Below are positions 30,605 through 40,143 of a stretch of DNA of 64,000 nucleotides, one piece after another. Each line of letters starts with the position of its first letter. Within the stretch, counting starts at the first letter, position 1. This stretch comes from an uncultured Acidobacteriota bacterium. Its GTDB lineage: Bacteria > Acidobacteriota > Thermoanaerobaculia > UBA5066. The notes beneath the pieces were generated by a model, which was not told the DNA's origin, made no database searches, and was given only the letters and a program-made list of their open reading frames with translations. The position numbers and the translations under genes are program-made. The stretch spans positions 224,001-288,000 of the forward strand of contig CAVZYA010000001.1 in NCBI GenBank assembly GCA_963779415.1, written 5' to 3'.

Positions 30605-31147
30605 ATGGCATTCAACCTGAAAGGGACGAAGACCGAGAAGAACCTGAAAGAGGCCTTCGCGGGGGAGTCGATGGCCCGAAACAAGTACACCTTCTTCGCC
30701 GGCGAGGCGCGGAAGACCGGGTACATCGAGATCGGCAACGTCTTCGAGCAGACCGCGAACGAGGAGAAAGAGCACGCGAAGAGGATGGCGGGGTTTCTCG
30801 ACCTCCTCGCGACGACCGAGAGGAACCTCGAGTCGTGCATCGCCGGCGAAAACATGGAGTGGACGGACATGTACGTCCGCTTCGCCCGCGAGGCCGCGGA
30901 GGAAGGGTTCGGCGGCATCGCGAACTTCTTCACGAAGCTGGCCGAGATCGAGAAGGGCCACGAGATGCGCTACCGGAAGCTCCTCGAGCAGCTGAAGTCG
31001 GGGACGGTCTTCAAGCGGGGCAAGGAGGTCTACTGGTACTGCACGAACTGCGGGCACGTCGAGAAGGGGCTGGAGGCGCCGAAGGCGTGCCCCGTCTGCG
31101 CCCACCCGCAGGGCTACTTCAAGGCCCTCGTGGAGATGGCAGCCTGA
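30605..31147 (+). CDS. rbr: Rubrerythrin
   Basis: [25 protein letters not shown]...CPVCAHP. Confidence 0.95.
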   Translation: MAFNLKGTKTEKNLKEAFAGESMARNKYTFFAGEARKTGYIEIGNVFEQTANEEKEHAKRMAGFLDLLATTERNLESCIAGENMEWTDMYVRFAREAAEEGFGGIANFFTKLAEIEKGHEMRYRKLLEQLKSGTVFKRGKEVYWYCTNCGHVEKGLEAPKACPVCAHPQGYFKALVEMAA

Positions 31148-31226
31148 GCCTCGGCGATCCCTGCAAAGGATCGCCCGGAAGGACGAGGCTTCACAAAAGG
31201 GGGTCGCACGGCCAAGCATGGGATGC

Positions 31227-31272
31227 GGTTCAAGGGGTCGCGACCTCGAATCCCGCGGTCCCGACCAATGTT
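31227..31272 (+). mobile_element. Degenerate tRNA-Pro 3'-half (att-like site)
   Basis: GGTTCAAGGGGTCGCGacctcGAATCCCGCgGTCCCGACCAATGTT; shares CCCGACCAATGTT with 24501-24513. Confidence 0.8.
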
Positions 31273-31395
31273 CGAGGGCGCGGATCTTCAGCGTGGTCCG
31301 GGCGAGGGTCTCGGCAGGGCTGAGAGCGGTGAGGACGCCGACGCCTGACCCGTCGGCATGAGCACGTCCAGAAGAAGTACGGCCGCGGTTGAGGG

Positions 31396-33027
31396 TCACG
31401 CCGACTGAGCGGCGAGCGAGCCGGGGAGCATCGAAGAAGAGACCGGAAGGACCGGGGCCTGGTGGTCACCGCTCCGGCTTTCGAGAGACGCTGCTGGCTC
31501 CTGGGCGTTCAGATAGGCGTGGTGGTCGTGGGAGAGGGCGCCCTCCGGAAGCCAGCGCCAGAGCGGCCCGAGATCCCGCTTCACCTGCTCGACGTAGAAG
31601 CCCGGTAGTTCGCCCGTCGACTGGCCGAAGAAGGCGTCGACCTGTGCGTCCGTCTCGAGCCGCCGCCGAAGGTCCGAATAGTGACGGAGACGGCCGAACC
31701 CTTCCGACGAGATGGCACGGAGCGCGTTCAGCCACCGGGGCATCGTGGCCTTCGTCGCCTGGAAGCGCTTCGCAATCGCCGGCCAGGAAAAGGTGTACTT
31801 CGTCAGCCCGATGACGTGGTCGTAGAACTCCGGCCACGCGTAGTTCCGCGGCCTCACGTTCATCGCGCGGTTGTTGTCGAGGAAGTGGAACGGGAAGGGG
31901 AGGACGCGCCCGGCCTTCTGGTACTCGATGTTGAGCGGCGCAGCCCGGCCGAAGGCGGAGAGAAGCGAGTAGCCCGGAAAGGCGCCCGGCGACAGGTCGA
32001 CGAACCTCTTCGTCAGCTCGAAGGGCTCTTCCCCCTCGTCGCTGTCGAGCCCGAGGACGAAGTTGGTCTGGACGTACGGCACGTATCTCAGGATCGTGTT
32101 GACGTGCTCGGAGACCTCCACGACCTTCTTCATCCCCTTCATCGCCCCGGTCTTCGACTTGTTTCCCAGCTCGTACCAGGACTCGATGCCGGGGAGGAGG
32201 GCGGCGAAGCCGTTCTTCCGGAGGCGTGCGAGGTGCGGCTCGGTGAGGATCGAGAGGCTGCTCTCGGCGGCAAAGGCGATGCTTCCCGGGGGGACCGCCT
32301 CCTCGATGGCGCCGAGCGTCTCGTCGAAGCGGACTCCGAAGTTCGGGTCGTGCCAGCCGACATTGGGCCGGTGCTGCTTCGTCAGAAGGAACCGGAGATC
32401 GTCCTTCAGGACTTCGACATCGAGCGCCTGATACGGAACCGTCGCGTCGATGCAGAAGCTGCAGGTGTATGGGCATCCGAGGCTGGCGAGCATCGGGACG
32501 AGCTTCAGGACCGGAGCCTTGCGAAGCGTCGGCTCGATGAACTTCCAACGTTCGCGAACGCCCGGGAGGGAGAGCGGCTGCCGTGCCGCGCCCACGTGAA
32601 GTCCGCGCGGGCGGTGAGGGGAGCAGTCGGCAAGGACGTCGCGGAGGACCGTCCGGTCGGTGAAGCCGAAGACGTAGTCGAAGTACTTCGCCGCGTCTTC
32701 CGGAAAACAGCGGGCGTGAGGGCCTCCGAGCGCCGTCACGGCGCCCCGGAAGCGAAAGAGGTTACTCAGGGCGTAAGCGGTCTGCGCCGCCTCGGTGAAG
32801 GCGCCGACGAAGACGAGGTCGACGCCGGCCGGCAGCTCTTCGACGAGGTTCTCGAAGCCCGTGTAGCAGACGTGCGTGACGTCGTGCCCCTCGGCCTCGC
32901 ACCAGACCGCGACCACCTGCGGCATGATGCTCGCCAGGTTCGCGTTCATGGCCCGGGCGTAAAGGGTCTTCGTGGGCCCCCGGCTCACCAGGTCGATGAC
33001 GCCGATCCGCAGCTTGCGCACGGTCAA
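31396..33027 (-). CDS. B12-binding-type radical SAM protein
   Basis: LGGPHA, GCPYTCSFC, DPNFG, NFVLGLD. Confidence 0.85.
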   Translation of the reverse strand: MTVRKLRIGVIDLVSRGPTKTLYARAMNANLASIMPQVVAVWCEAEGHDVTHVCYTGFENLVEELPAGVDLVFVGAFTEAAQTAYALSNLFRFRGAVTALGGPHARCFPEDAAKYFDYVFGFTDRTVLRDVLADCSPHRPRGLHVGAARQPLSLPGVRERWKFIEPTLRKAPVLKLVPMLASLGCPYTCSFCIDATVPYQALDVEVLKDDLRFLLTKQHRPNVGWHDPNFGVRFDETLGAIEEAVPPGSIAFAAESSLSILTEPHLARLRKNGFAALLPGIESWYELGNKSKTGAMKGMKKVVEVSEHVNTILRYVPYVQTNFVLGLDSDEGEEPFELTKRFVDLSPGAFPGYSLLSAFGRAAPLNIEYQKAGRVLPFPFHFLDNNRAMNVRPRNYAWPEFYDHVIGLTKYTFSWPAIAKRFQATKATMPRWLNALRAISSEGFGRLRHYSDLRRRLETDAQVDAFFGQSTGELPGFYVEQVKRDLGPLWRWLPEGALSHDHHAYLNAQEPAASLESRSGDHQAPVLPVSSSMLPGSLAAQSA

Positions 33028-33346
33028 GGACCGCGCAGGCCATGGCGGTCGAAGCCGGGAGGCCTGGCTTGCGGGGAGACGACGGCGGGACGTGACGCCA
33101 TTCTTTCGAACTCCAGACTGAGAGTCTATCTCAAGAATACGGCCCGCATCGTCGACCGCGGGGAACGGAAGTCAGCGCGTCAGGCCCGGCCGTTGGGCGT
33201 CAGGCAGGGAAACGTCCGGCAGGGCCGAACGGCGACTCCTCATCTGGAGGCCTTTATCCGGTGCCGTCTCCTCCGGAGAGGGACCTCGGGAGCGTAGGAT
33301 GCGGAACGCTCCGGGTGATCTTTTCCGTCCGCAGGAGGAGGCTTCG

Positions 33347-34873
33347 ATGCTGCGTCGCCTCGTGTTCGTGTCTTGTCTCGCGATCTGCCTTCCGGTGGCC
33401 GAGGCCCAGAGCCCCTCGAAAGAGGTCCTGAAGCTGGAGAAGCAGCTCAAGGACAGGGACTCGAACGTGCGCGCGCAAGCCGCGTGGGACCTCGGGCAGA
33501 TGGGTGCGACCGACTCCGTTCCGGCGCTTGCCGAGGCCCTCGACGACCCCTCGAGCGCGGTCCGGGCCAATGCCGCCGCCTCGCTCTGGAAGCTCGGCGC
33601 CGCCTCGAAGCCGGCGATACCGGCATTGCGGAGGACACTCGAGGATCGCTCGTCCGCTGTCGTCGGCAACGCTGCCGGCGCCCTTCGCAACCTGGGAGTG
33701 CCGATGAAAGAGCTGGTTCCGGCCTATCGGCGCCTGCTCGCGAAGCCCGACTGCAAGTCCGCCGTGATCGGGCTCAAGGCTCTCGTCAACGAAGTGCCCC
33801 CGTCCGAGCTGTTCGACGCGGCGTGGGCGTGCGCCGAAGCTCCGGACGCCGATTCCGATACGCGGCGCGACGCTCGGGAGGCTCTCCGGAAGATCGTCGG
33901 CCGCCGCGATCGGGTCATGGTTCCCACGATCCTCGCCACCCTGGAGCGGCTCGGGGCCCGCGACGGCAGCGACCTGATGTCGGCCATCGCCTCGCTCGAC
34001 CCTCCGGTGAAGGAAGCGGTTCCCGTCCTCGTCGAGCTCCTGGACTCGGGGAACGAATCGACGCGGAGATCGGCCATCAGCGCCCTCGGACGCATGGGCC
34101 CCACGGCGCTTCCCGCCGTGCCACGACTCGTCGACAGCCTGCAGTCCGGGCGCGACCCGGAGACGCGCGTGGGAGCGGCGGAAGCCCTCGGCAGGATCGG
34201 CCCGAAGTGCGCCCCCGCCGCGGTCCCCGCCCTGGCCAGGGCCGCCCGCGACGACAAGTGGCCCAAGGTGCGCAGTACGGCGCTCACCGCGCTCGGCGAG
34301 ATGGGACCGGCCGCGCACGAGGCGATCCCGGTTCTGCTAGCTGCTCTCAAGGACCCGGACGGCTGGATCAGCCTGGCGGCCCGCAACGCGCTGTTCCGGG
34401 TGGAGCCGGGTAAGGCGGAGGAGGTCGCGGCGATTTCCGACGAGTCCCGGCCCGTGCAGAAGGGGAGCCTGTACGACGACCTCTCGCAGCTCTCGACGGT
34501 CCTGCCGGGCCGCGTCCCCGAGGTCTACGAACTCGTCGTCTACGATGACTTCGCGATGGCGACGGCGCCCTGCTCGGACACCGGGAGCGGTCGGTGCCGG
34601 TTCACCTACAAGGCGGGGACCGTGACCGGTCCGGACGACGGGAGCGGAGACTGCGACAAGAAGATCCAGCTTGCCAGGGTCGACTTCTCCATCGTGCCCG
34701 GGCTCGTCAAGCAGGCACCCGGGCTGCTCGGCTCTCCGTCCGGCAAGGTCGACGTCGTCCAGTTGAGCCCCGGCGTCTTCTGCAAGAGCCACGGCTGGAT
34801 CGTCAACGTGAAGGACGCCGGGATGGTCGAGTTCAAGCTCAACGGCAAAGTCGACAAGATCCGCAAGTTCTAG
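33347..34873 (+). CDS. Exported HEAT-repeat protein
   Basis: Signal peptide; repeated VR.AAA.ALG..G...AVPAL units; Cys-containing C-terminal domain. Confidence 0.85.
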   Translation: MLRRLVFVSCLAICLPVAEAQSPSKEVLKLEKQLKDRDSNVRAQAAWDLGQMGATDSVPALAEALDDPSSAVRANAAASLWKLGAASKPAIPALRRTLEDRSSAVVGNAAGALRNLGVPMKELVPAYRRLLAKPDCKSAVIGLKALVNEVPPSELFDAAWACAEAPDADSDTRRDAREALRKIVGRRDRVMVPTILATLERLGARDGSDLMSAIASLDPPVKEAVPVLVELLDSGNESTRRSAISALGRMGPTALPAVPRLVDSLQSGRDPETRVGAAEALGRIGPKCAPAAVPALARAARDDKWPKVRSTALTALGEMGPAAHEAIPVLLAALKDPDGWISLAARNALFRVEPGKAEEVAAISDESRPVQKGSLYDDLSQLSTVLPGRVPEVYELVVYDDFAMATAPCSDTGSGRCRFTYKAGTVTGPDDGSGDCDKKIQLARVDFSIVPGLVKQAPGLLGSPSGKVDVVQLSPGVFCKSHGWIVNVKDAGMVEFKLNGKVDKIRKF

Positions 34874-34902
34874 GTCGCCGGCTGCTCTTCCCCGGCATTC
34901 TG

Positions 34903-36840
34903 CTACGGAAGCTCGGTCGAGGAGACGCTGCCGCCGGCGAGTCCGGCATACAGCCGCGCCGGGCTGCCGCCGGCGATCGCGAGCGCCCGGACGTCGGTGT
35001 TCACGAGGCCTTCGTTCAGGGCCTTCCACGTCGCGCCCCCGTCCGTGCTCCCAAAGACGCCTTCGAAGGTGCCGGCGAAGACCTCTCCGTCCCGCGAGAT
35101 CACCACGGCCGCGACGTCGTCACCTTTCAGGCCCTGCGTGGTCCGGCTCCAGGTCACGCCGTTGTCGGTGCTGCGGAAGAGGCCCTCCCTGGTGGCGGCG
35201 AAGACCCGCTCGGGATGGCTCGGATCGACGGCGAGGTCCTGGATCTCGCCCGGGCGGACGAGGCTCCAGCTCTTGCCGCCGTCGTTCGTGCGGAAGAGGC
35301 CCTCCTTACCGCCGGCCGCCAGCACCGTGCCGGGGGTCGCAGACCGGAGGAGCGTCACGCTCGAGCTCGTGATCCCGGTTCCCGCCGGCTGCCACTTCTT
35401 CCCGCCGTCGACCGTCTTGAAGACGGCGGTCCCCGGGTCCCGGCTGGACCAGCTGCCGGAGTAGAACGTCTTCGAATCGGCGGGGTCCTGGACGAGGCTC
35501 TTGAACTGGGGCTCGGCGAGCCGCCCCTTCATCATGTCGCTCATGCTCGGGCCCTTCACCTCGACCTTCGAGAAGGAGCGCCCACCGTCTTCCGACCGGA
35601 ACCAGCTCGACGCGTCGTGGGCGTACACCTTCTTTGGCGAGTCGCGGTCGAAGACGATGCCGTCGATCTTTGCCGGTTCTCCCTGCGAGAAAGGAGCCTG
35701 GATTTCCGTCCAGACCCCCGGTCCGTCCATCCGGAAGAGACCGACGCTCATCTGCGCGAAGACCGGACCCGTGCCGGACGCCGGAGCGTAGAGCCGCTCA
35801 GTCCAGCCGGCAGCCATCCCCTTGCCCCGGGGTTCGAAGGTCTGCCCTCCGTCGGTGCTCCTGTAGAACCCGTCGCCCGCCGCTCCCGCGTAGACCGTGC
35901 CTTTCCTCGTGGGATGAAAGGCGAGCCCCTTGCACAGGTAGCTACCCAGCCCCGCTCCCGCCGAGCGCCAGGTCTCACCCGCATCGACGCTCACCCGCAG
36001 GCCGTTCTTCGTCGCCGCCAGGAGCGTCTGCGGATCGTGCGGGTCGATCTCGAGGCTGTAGATCTCGTCGGTGCCGCGCAGGCCCAGCTCCAGCTCCGTC
36101 CACGTCGCGCCGCCGTCCGAGCTCCTGTGTACCCGGCCGAACCCGGAGACCGCGTAGAGCGTGGAGGGGTTTCCCGCGGAGATTCGCAGGAGCTTGATGC
36201 TCTGCTGTCCGAGCCCTTCGCCGAAGGGGTGCCAGGTCCTGCCTCCGTCTTGGCTGCGGCTCAGGTTGTGCTCGGATCCGCGGCCGCCGGCGTAGACGAG
36301 GCTCGCGTTGCCAGGATGGATGGCGAACGCGTAGACGTCCTGGCCGGGGACGCGGAAGCTCTGCCAGGTCTTCCCGCCGTCGGCGCTGCGGTAGTGCAGG
36401 TTGGTGGACGGGACGAAGATGATCGCGGGCTTCGACGCGGCGAACGCGATCGGTTGTCCCACCGCGTCCGACGATCGATCGACGCGCACGCGCGCCCAGG
36501 TCCTTCCGCGATCGGGAGAACGCCAGAACGCGGGCGATCCGTCGCCTTCCACCCCGGCCCAGAGCGTGGCCGGGTCGCGGGGATCGACCTCGATCCACCG
36601 GACGTTGCGGCTGACCATCCCGTCGCCGGGCAGGACCCACGTCTGCCCGTCGTCGTCGCTTCGCCACACGCCGCCCCCCGAGGTTGCGGCGTAGATCGTG
36701 TCGGGCTTCGCCCCGTCCACGGCCACGTCCACGATGCTGGCCACAAAAGGTCCCTCGCTCCGCCACGCCGCGGCGGCGACCGCGGGGAGCGCCAGGAGAC
36801 CGGCGATGAGAACACCGAAAAGGCGCCGGAATCGCTTCAT
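34903..36840 (-). CDS. Exported BNR/VPS10-type beta-propeller protein
   Basis: Signal peptide; many S.DGG.TW Asp-box repeats. Confidence 0.88.
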   Translation of the reverse strand: MKRFRRLFGVLIAGLLALPAVAAAAWRSEGPFVASIVDVAVDGAKPDTIYAATSGGGVWRSDDDGQTWVLPGDGMVSRNVRWIEVDPRDPATLWAGVEGDGSPAFWRSPDRGRTWARVRVDRSSDAVGQPIAFAASKPAIIFVPSTNLHYRSADGGKTWQSFRVPGQDVYAFAIHPGNASLVYAGGRGSEHNLSRSQDGGRTWHPFGEGLGQQSIKLLRISAGNPSTLYAVSGFGRVHRSSDGGATWTELELGLRGTDEIYSLEIDPHDPQTLLAATKNGLRVSVDAGETWRSAGAGLGSYLCKGLAFHPTRKGTVYAGAAGDGFYRSTDGGQTFEPRGKGMAAGWTERLYAPASGTGPVFAQMSVGLFRMDGPGVWTEIQAPFSQGEPAKIDGIVFDRDSPKKVYAHDASSWFRSEDGGRSFSKVEVKGPSMSDMMKGRLAEPQFKSLVQDPADSKTFYSGSWSSRDPGTAVFKTVDGGKKWQPAGTGITSSSVTLLRSATPGTVLAAGGKEGLFRTNDGGKSWSLVRPGEIQDLAVDPSHPERVFAATREGLFRSTDNGVTWSRTTQGLKGDDVAAVVISRDGEVFAGTFEGVFGSTDGGATWKALNEGLVNTDVRALAIAGGSPARLYAGLAGGSVSSTELP

Positions 36841-36917
36841 CAGGCCCTCCTTCATCGTTCCGTGAGCGAACGCAACCATTATCTCGCCGCGGGGATGCCG
36901 GCCCCGGCGAAGGGAAG

Positions 36918-37637
36918 TCAGCGCGCGAGGCCGTAGCGCTGGCGGAGGGCCTGGTCCTCTCTCTGAAGGGACTCGGAGCGGGAGCGGAGGGCGGTGGCCC
37001 GGGTGACGACACTCGAGAGCTGGGGGGCGGGGTCGGGCGATTCCATCGCCGTCTTCAGGGAGCGAAGCATCGCCAGCGCGTCGTCGAGGCTCCCGAGGCT
37101 CTCGCGGTAGTGGGCGGCGCACGGGGCGGGGGGGGTGAGGGACGTGAGGCTCTCCTTGGCGGCCTCCGTCTCCCGGATCATCCTGTCGAGATCCGACGTG
37201 TCACCCTTCGCGAGGGCCGCCGCCATCTCGTTCGCGGCGCCTTCGGCGTCGCCGCTCATCTTCCCCGGCTGGATCTGGTCGACCGCGTCGAGGTATGCCG
37301 CGACGGCGGCCCGCGCCGCGTCGGGCCCTGCGCTGTTCGGCTCGCCAGCTTCTGGAGCGTGGGGCAGGGCTGGAGCCGGACGCGTCTCCACAGGTTCGGT
37401 GACTGACACGGCGGTCGGGCTCGTCGGCGGAAGGGGCTCAGCTCGCTGGACAGGGGCTGGTGGCTCGGTGACGGGCGAAGGGACCACCGCTGCCGGAAGC
37501 TCGTGTCCTGGCGGCTGGCCGGAGGGAGTCCCGGATCCGGAGGCCCGCCCCAGGACGAACGCCAGCGCGAGAAGCGACATGGCGGCGACGGCCACGACAC
37601 CGACCAGGAGGCCCTTGCTCACGCTGACCTTCTCCAT
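36918..37637 (-). CDS. Hypothetical membrane-anchored protein with Pro-rich linker
   Basis: N-terminal TM, Pro-rich segment, helical C-terminus; GGAGG RBS. Confidence 0.7.
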   Translation of the reverse strand: MEKVSVSKGLLVGVVAVAAMSLLALAFVLGRASGSGTPSGQPPGHELPAAVVPSPVTEPPAPVQRAEPLPPTSPTAVSVTEPVETRPAPALPHAPEAGEPNSAGPDAARAAVAAYLDAVDQIQPGKMSGDAEGAANEMAAALAKGDTSDLDRMIRETEAAKESLTSLTPPAPCAAHYRESLGSLDDALAMLRSLKTAMESPDPAPQLSSVVTRATALRSRSESLQREDQALRQRYGLAR

Positions 37638-37679
37638 GTCACCTCCTGCCCGGGCCGGGCCCGAAGGAGCGGGCCGGCT

Positions 37680-38873
37680 TCACCGGCCCATTGTGAACGA
37701 GCCTGCGAGGTCTGGCGCGCAGCAGCCGGCGCCGCTGATCTGGCCGGAATAGGTCCCGGCGATCCCGCGCGTCGAGAAGGCCGTCGCTTCCCCGGTCGCG
37801 GACCCGGAGCAGGGGCTGACCGCGATCGTGAACTGCACGGAGTTCCCGTAGATCGTCCCCGACATGGTCCCGAGTGGCGTGGAGGCCGTGAAGGAACAAC
37901 TGGCCTGGTCGACGACGACGGCACTGCTTCCGAAGGCGCCGCAGCGATTGCTCCAGGTGAAGGTCCAGGATCCTGCGATGTTGGTGCACGGAGAGTTGTC
38001 CCGCTGAGACGCGAGGTGGAGGTCGCCGTCGTTCGTGACGTTGTCGTTCACGACGATGTATCCCGTCAAGGAACCGGACGGAGTCGTGAACGCGATGCCG
38101 CCCCCCGGCGCAAAGAGGTTGAAGCCGGTCAGGCTCTGCTGAACGGAGGAGAAGGGCGGCACCTGAAGATCGATTGTTCCGGCAACCGAGAAGTTCGTGT
38201 TGGTGACGGTGACGGTGCAGGTGGCCGTCGTGGAGCCGTGGTTGAAGCAGCCGACGTTCGTCCGCCTGTAGCTGTCATTGACGGCTCCCGCGACGCTGGC
38301 GAAGCCCGACGGGGAGATCGTCGGGCCGGTCGTGGCCGGAAGAGTGATCGAGTAGAGGCCGCCCGTCGGGCTGAGCGTCCAGGTTCGACCCCAGGCCGAG
38401 AGAAGGGAGTGGCCTCCGACGGCGGAGCTGGAGTCCTCTGCGACATGAACGAGGACGGTCGCCGCGCCCGTGAGACCGAACGATCCGACGATGTCCGGGA
38501 AATACGACCACTGGGAGTCCTTCATCGAGTAACGCCGCCCCACCGCATAGCTGTTGTCCGTCTCCGCCGGCAGGACGAAGAGGTCGAAGACGATGGAACC
38601 GTTCCCGATGCCCGAGCCTTCGAGAACGAGGTCGGTCTTGAAGAAGGAGCCGAACCGGCCCGCGCCTCTGGAGGCACCAAGGATGTAGATCCAGGCCGAA
38701 GGTCCCTCCGTCAACACGTGCAGGGGCTGACGTCGGAAGGCAGGGCTCGACCCCTGGAAGTAATCGGAGAGGACCCCGTCGGAAGTGCCGAGGAACGTCA
38801 CTCCGGAAGGAGCCTCCGTCGCCGTCGCGGTCGTGGCGGCCAGGAGCCATGCGAAAGGAAGCAGTCGCTTCAC
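37680..38873 (-). CDS. Hypothetical exported protein
   Basis: Signal peptide; GASRGAGRFGSFFKTDL segment; Cys/Thr-rich beta C-terminus. Confidence 0.7.
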   Translation of the reverse strand: MKRLLPFAWLLAATTATATEAPSGVTFLGTSDGVLSDYFQGSSPAFRRQPLHVLTEGPSAWIYILGASRGAGRFGSFFKTDLVLEGSGIGNGSIVFDLFVLPAETDNSYAVGRRYSMKDSQWSYFPDIVGSFGLTGAATVLVHVAEDSSSAVGGHSLLSAWGRTWTLSPTGGLYSITLPATTGPTISPSGFASVAGAVNDSYRRTNVGCFNHGSTTATCTVTVTNTNFSVAGTIDLQVPPFSSVQQSLTGFNLFAPGGGIAFTTPSGSLTGYIVVNDNVTNDGDLHLASQRDNSPCTNIAGSWTFTWSNRCGAFGSSAVVVDQASCSFTASTPLGTMSGTIYGNSVQFTIAVSPCSGSATGEATAFSTRGIAGTYSGQISGAGCCAPDLAGSFTMGR

Positions 38874-39016
38874 AGGATCCTCCTTCGACTTCCGGGAGAA
38901 ATCTGCGCTGGATGCCCGGGCGACGATATGAAGCGGCTGAACTACCGGCGCGGAAATCGCGCGAGACGGTGATCCGCGTCACCCGGGTCGGCGCGGCTCC
39001 TGCAGAGCCGGCGTCT

Positions 39017-39790
39017 TCAGGGTCCCGGTCCGAAGGTGAGGAGGTACGCGAGATAGGCCTGGCTGCAGTCGCAGCCGGAGATCGCCCGGCCGGCCGAGAA
39101 GAGAAGGTGGTGATGTTCTCCGAAGTCGAGGACGAAGCCGATGTTGAAGCGGACCTCGGGACTTCCCCCTTCTTCGGAGGGGGACTGGTAGTAGACCTCC
39201 GCGCCGGGGGCGAAGGACGGGGTGAGCTGAACCTGGGCCTGCCACCCCGCGAACCACCAGTTCCGGTTTCCCTCGCCGGGATTGAGCCAGTAGCCGCCGC
39301 CCCCGTAGGTCGTCCACTTTCCGAAGCTCTTCTGCAGCCAGACCGGGAGGTACGCCCGAACGTGGCCGGCGCCGAGTCCGCGGGCGGCGTCGCCCGCCGG
39401 CAGCTCAACGAGGGGGAAGGTTCCGATCTGCGGCCGGTCTTCCGTCTCCTCCACGAACCGGTACTTCGCTCCGAGCTCGATGTCGCCGAGGCCCCATTCC
39501 GACGCTGCGCCCGATGTCCGGGCATACGAGAGCGGGACGATCATGTGGAGCTGGAGATCGGGCGCGGCGCCGTAGTTCGCCTCGACGTGCGGAAGGTCGC
39601 CGGAGCGCGCGCCGGGGTCCGCCTCCCCCATCAGGGCGAGATAGAGCTCCCCGTGCCGGAAGTCGACGGGCTGCGGGTCGTCGGTGATGTACGGCGGGCC
39701 GGCGAGCAGGGAAGAGGCGGCGAGGAGCGTCCCGGAGAAGAGAGACGCCAGGGTTCGTCGTTTGAGCCGCGCGAAAAGGGCTCCTCTCAC
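39017..39790 (-). CDS. Putative outer-membrane beta-barrel (MetA-pathway transporter-like)
   Basis: GPPYITDDP, GLGDIELGAKYRF, LPAGD...GLG.G. Confidence 0.75.
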   Translation of the reverse strand: MRGALFARLKRRTLASLFSGTLLAASSLLAGPPYITDDPQPVDFRHGELYLALMGEADPGARSGDLPHVEANYGAAPDLQLHMIVPLSYARTSGAASEWGLGDIELGAKYRFVEETEDRPQIGTFPLVELPAGDAARGLGAGHVRAYLPVWLQKSFGKWTTYGGGGYWLNPGEGNRNWWFAGWQAQVQLTPSFAPGAEVYYQSPSEEGGSPEVRFNIGFVLDFGEHHHLLFSAGRAISGCDCSQAYLAYLLTFGPGP

Positions 39791-39817
39791 GTCTTCGCCG
39801 ATTCGGCGGTTCGCGAC

Positions 39818-39979
39818 TCAGGCGCGGCGGCGGCCGAAGAGCCGCTCGAACAGCGATTCGGGCGGTGGGCAGGTGCAACGTTTCTGGGGAGGGACACCGG
39901 CGAGGGCGCGTTCGACATGCCGTCCGCAGCCGGCCCACGTCGGCTTGTCGCAGCGCGTGCATCGGGTCTGGTGACACAT
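39818..39979 (-). CDS. 53-aa Cys-rich putative zinc-binding microprotein
   Basis: Manual translation MCHQTRCTRCDKPTWAGCGRHVERALAGVPPQKRCTCPPPESLFERLFGRRRA. Confidence 0.7.
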   Translation of the reverse strand: MCHQTRCTRCDKPTWAGCGRHVERALAGVPPQKRCTCPPPESLFERLFGRRRA

Positions 39980-40014
39980 ACGGGGCGGGATTCTCGCACG
40001 GGAGGGAGTCCGTA

Positions 40015-40123
40015 CAAGGGGTCGCGGGTCCGAATCCCGCCGTCCCGACCCTCTCTTCTCTCAGAGACTGATCGGGACGATTGGAGCGTTCCGGTGTCGG
40101 ACGGCCGGATTCGGACCCGCAAC
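40015..40123 (+). mobile_element. tRNA-Pro 3'-half copy (att-like) with downstream antisense T-arm copy
   Basis: CAAGGGGTCGCGGGTCCGAATCCCGCCGTCCCGACC at 40015-40050; GGATTCGGACCCGCAAC at 40107-40123. Confidence 0.82.
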
Positions 40124-40143
40124 CGGTATTTTCGAGATCTCCG

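Noticed and set aside
31227-40050. Additional functional tRNA genes at 31.2 and 40.0 kb
   Set aside because: Only 3' halves; no D-arm or 5' acceptor strand, and the T-loops are mutated
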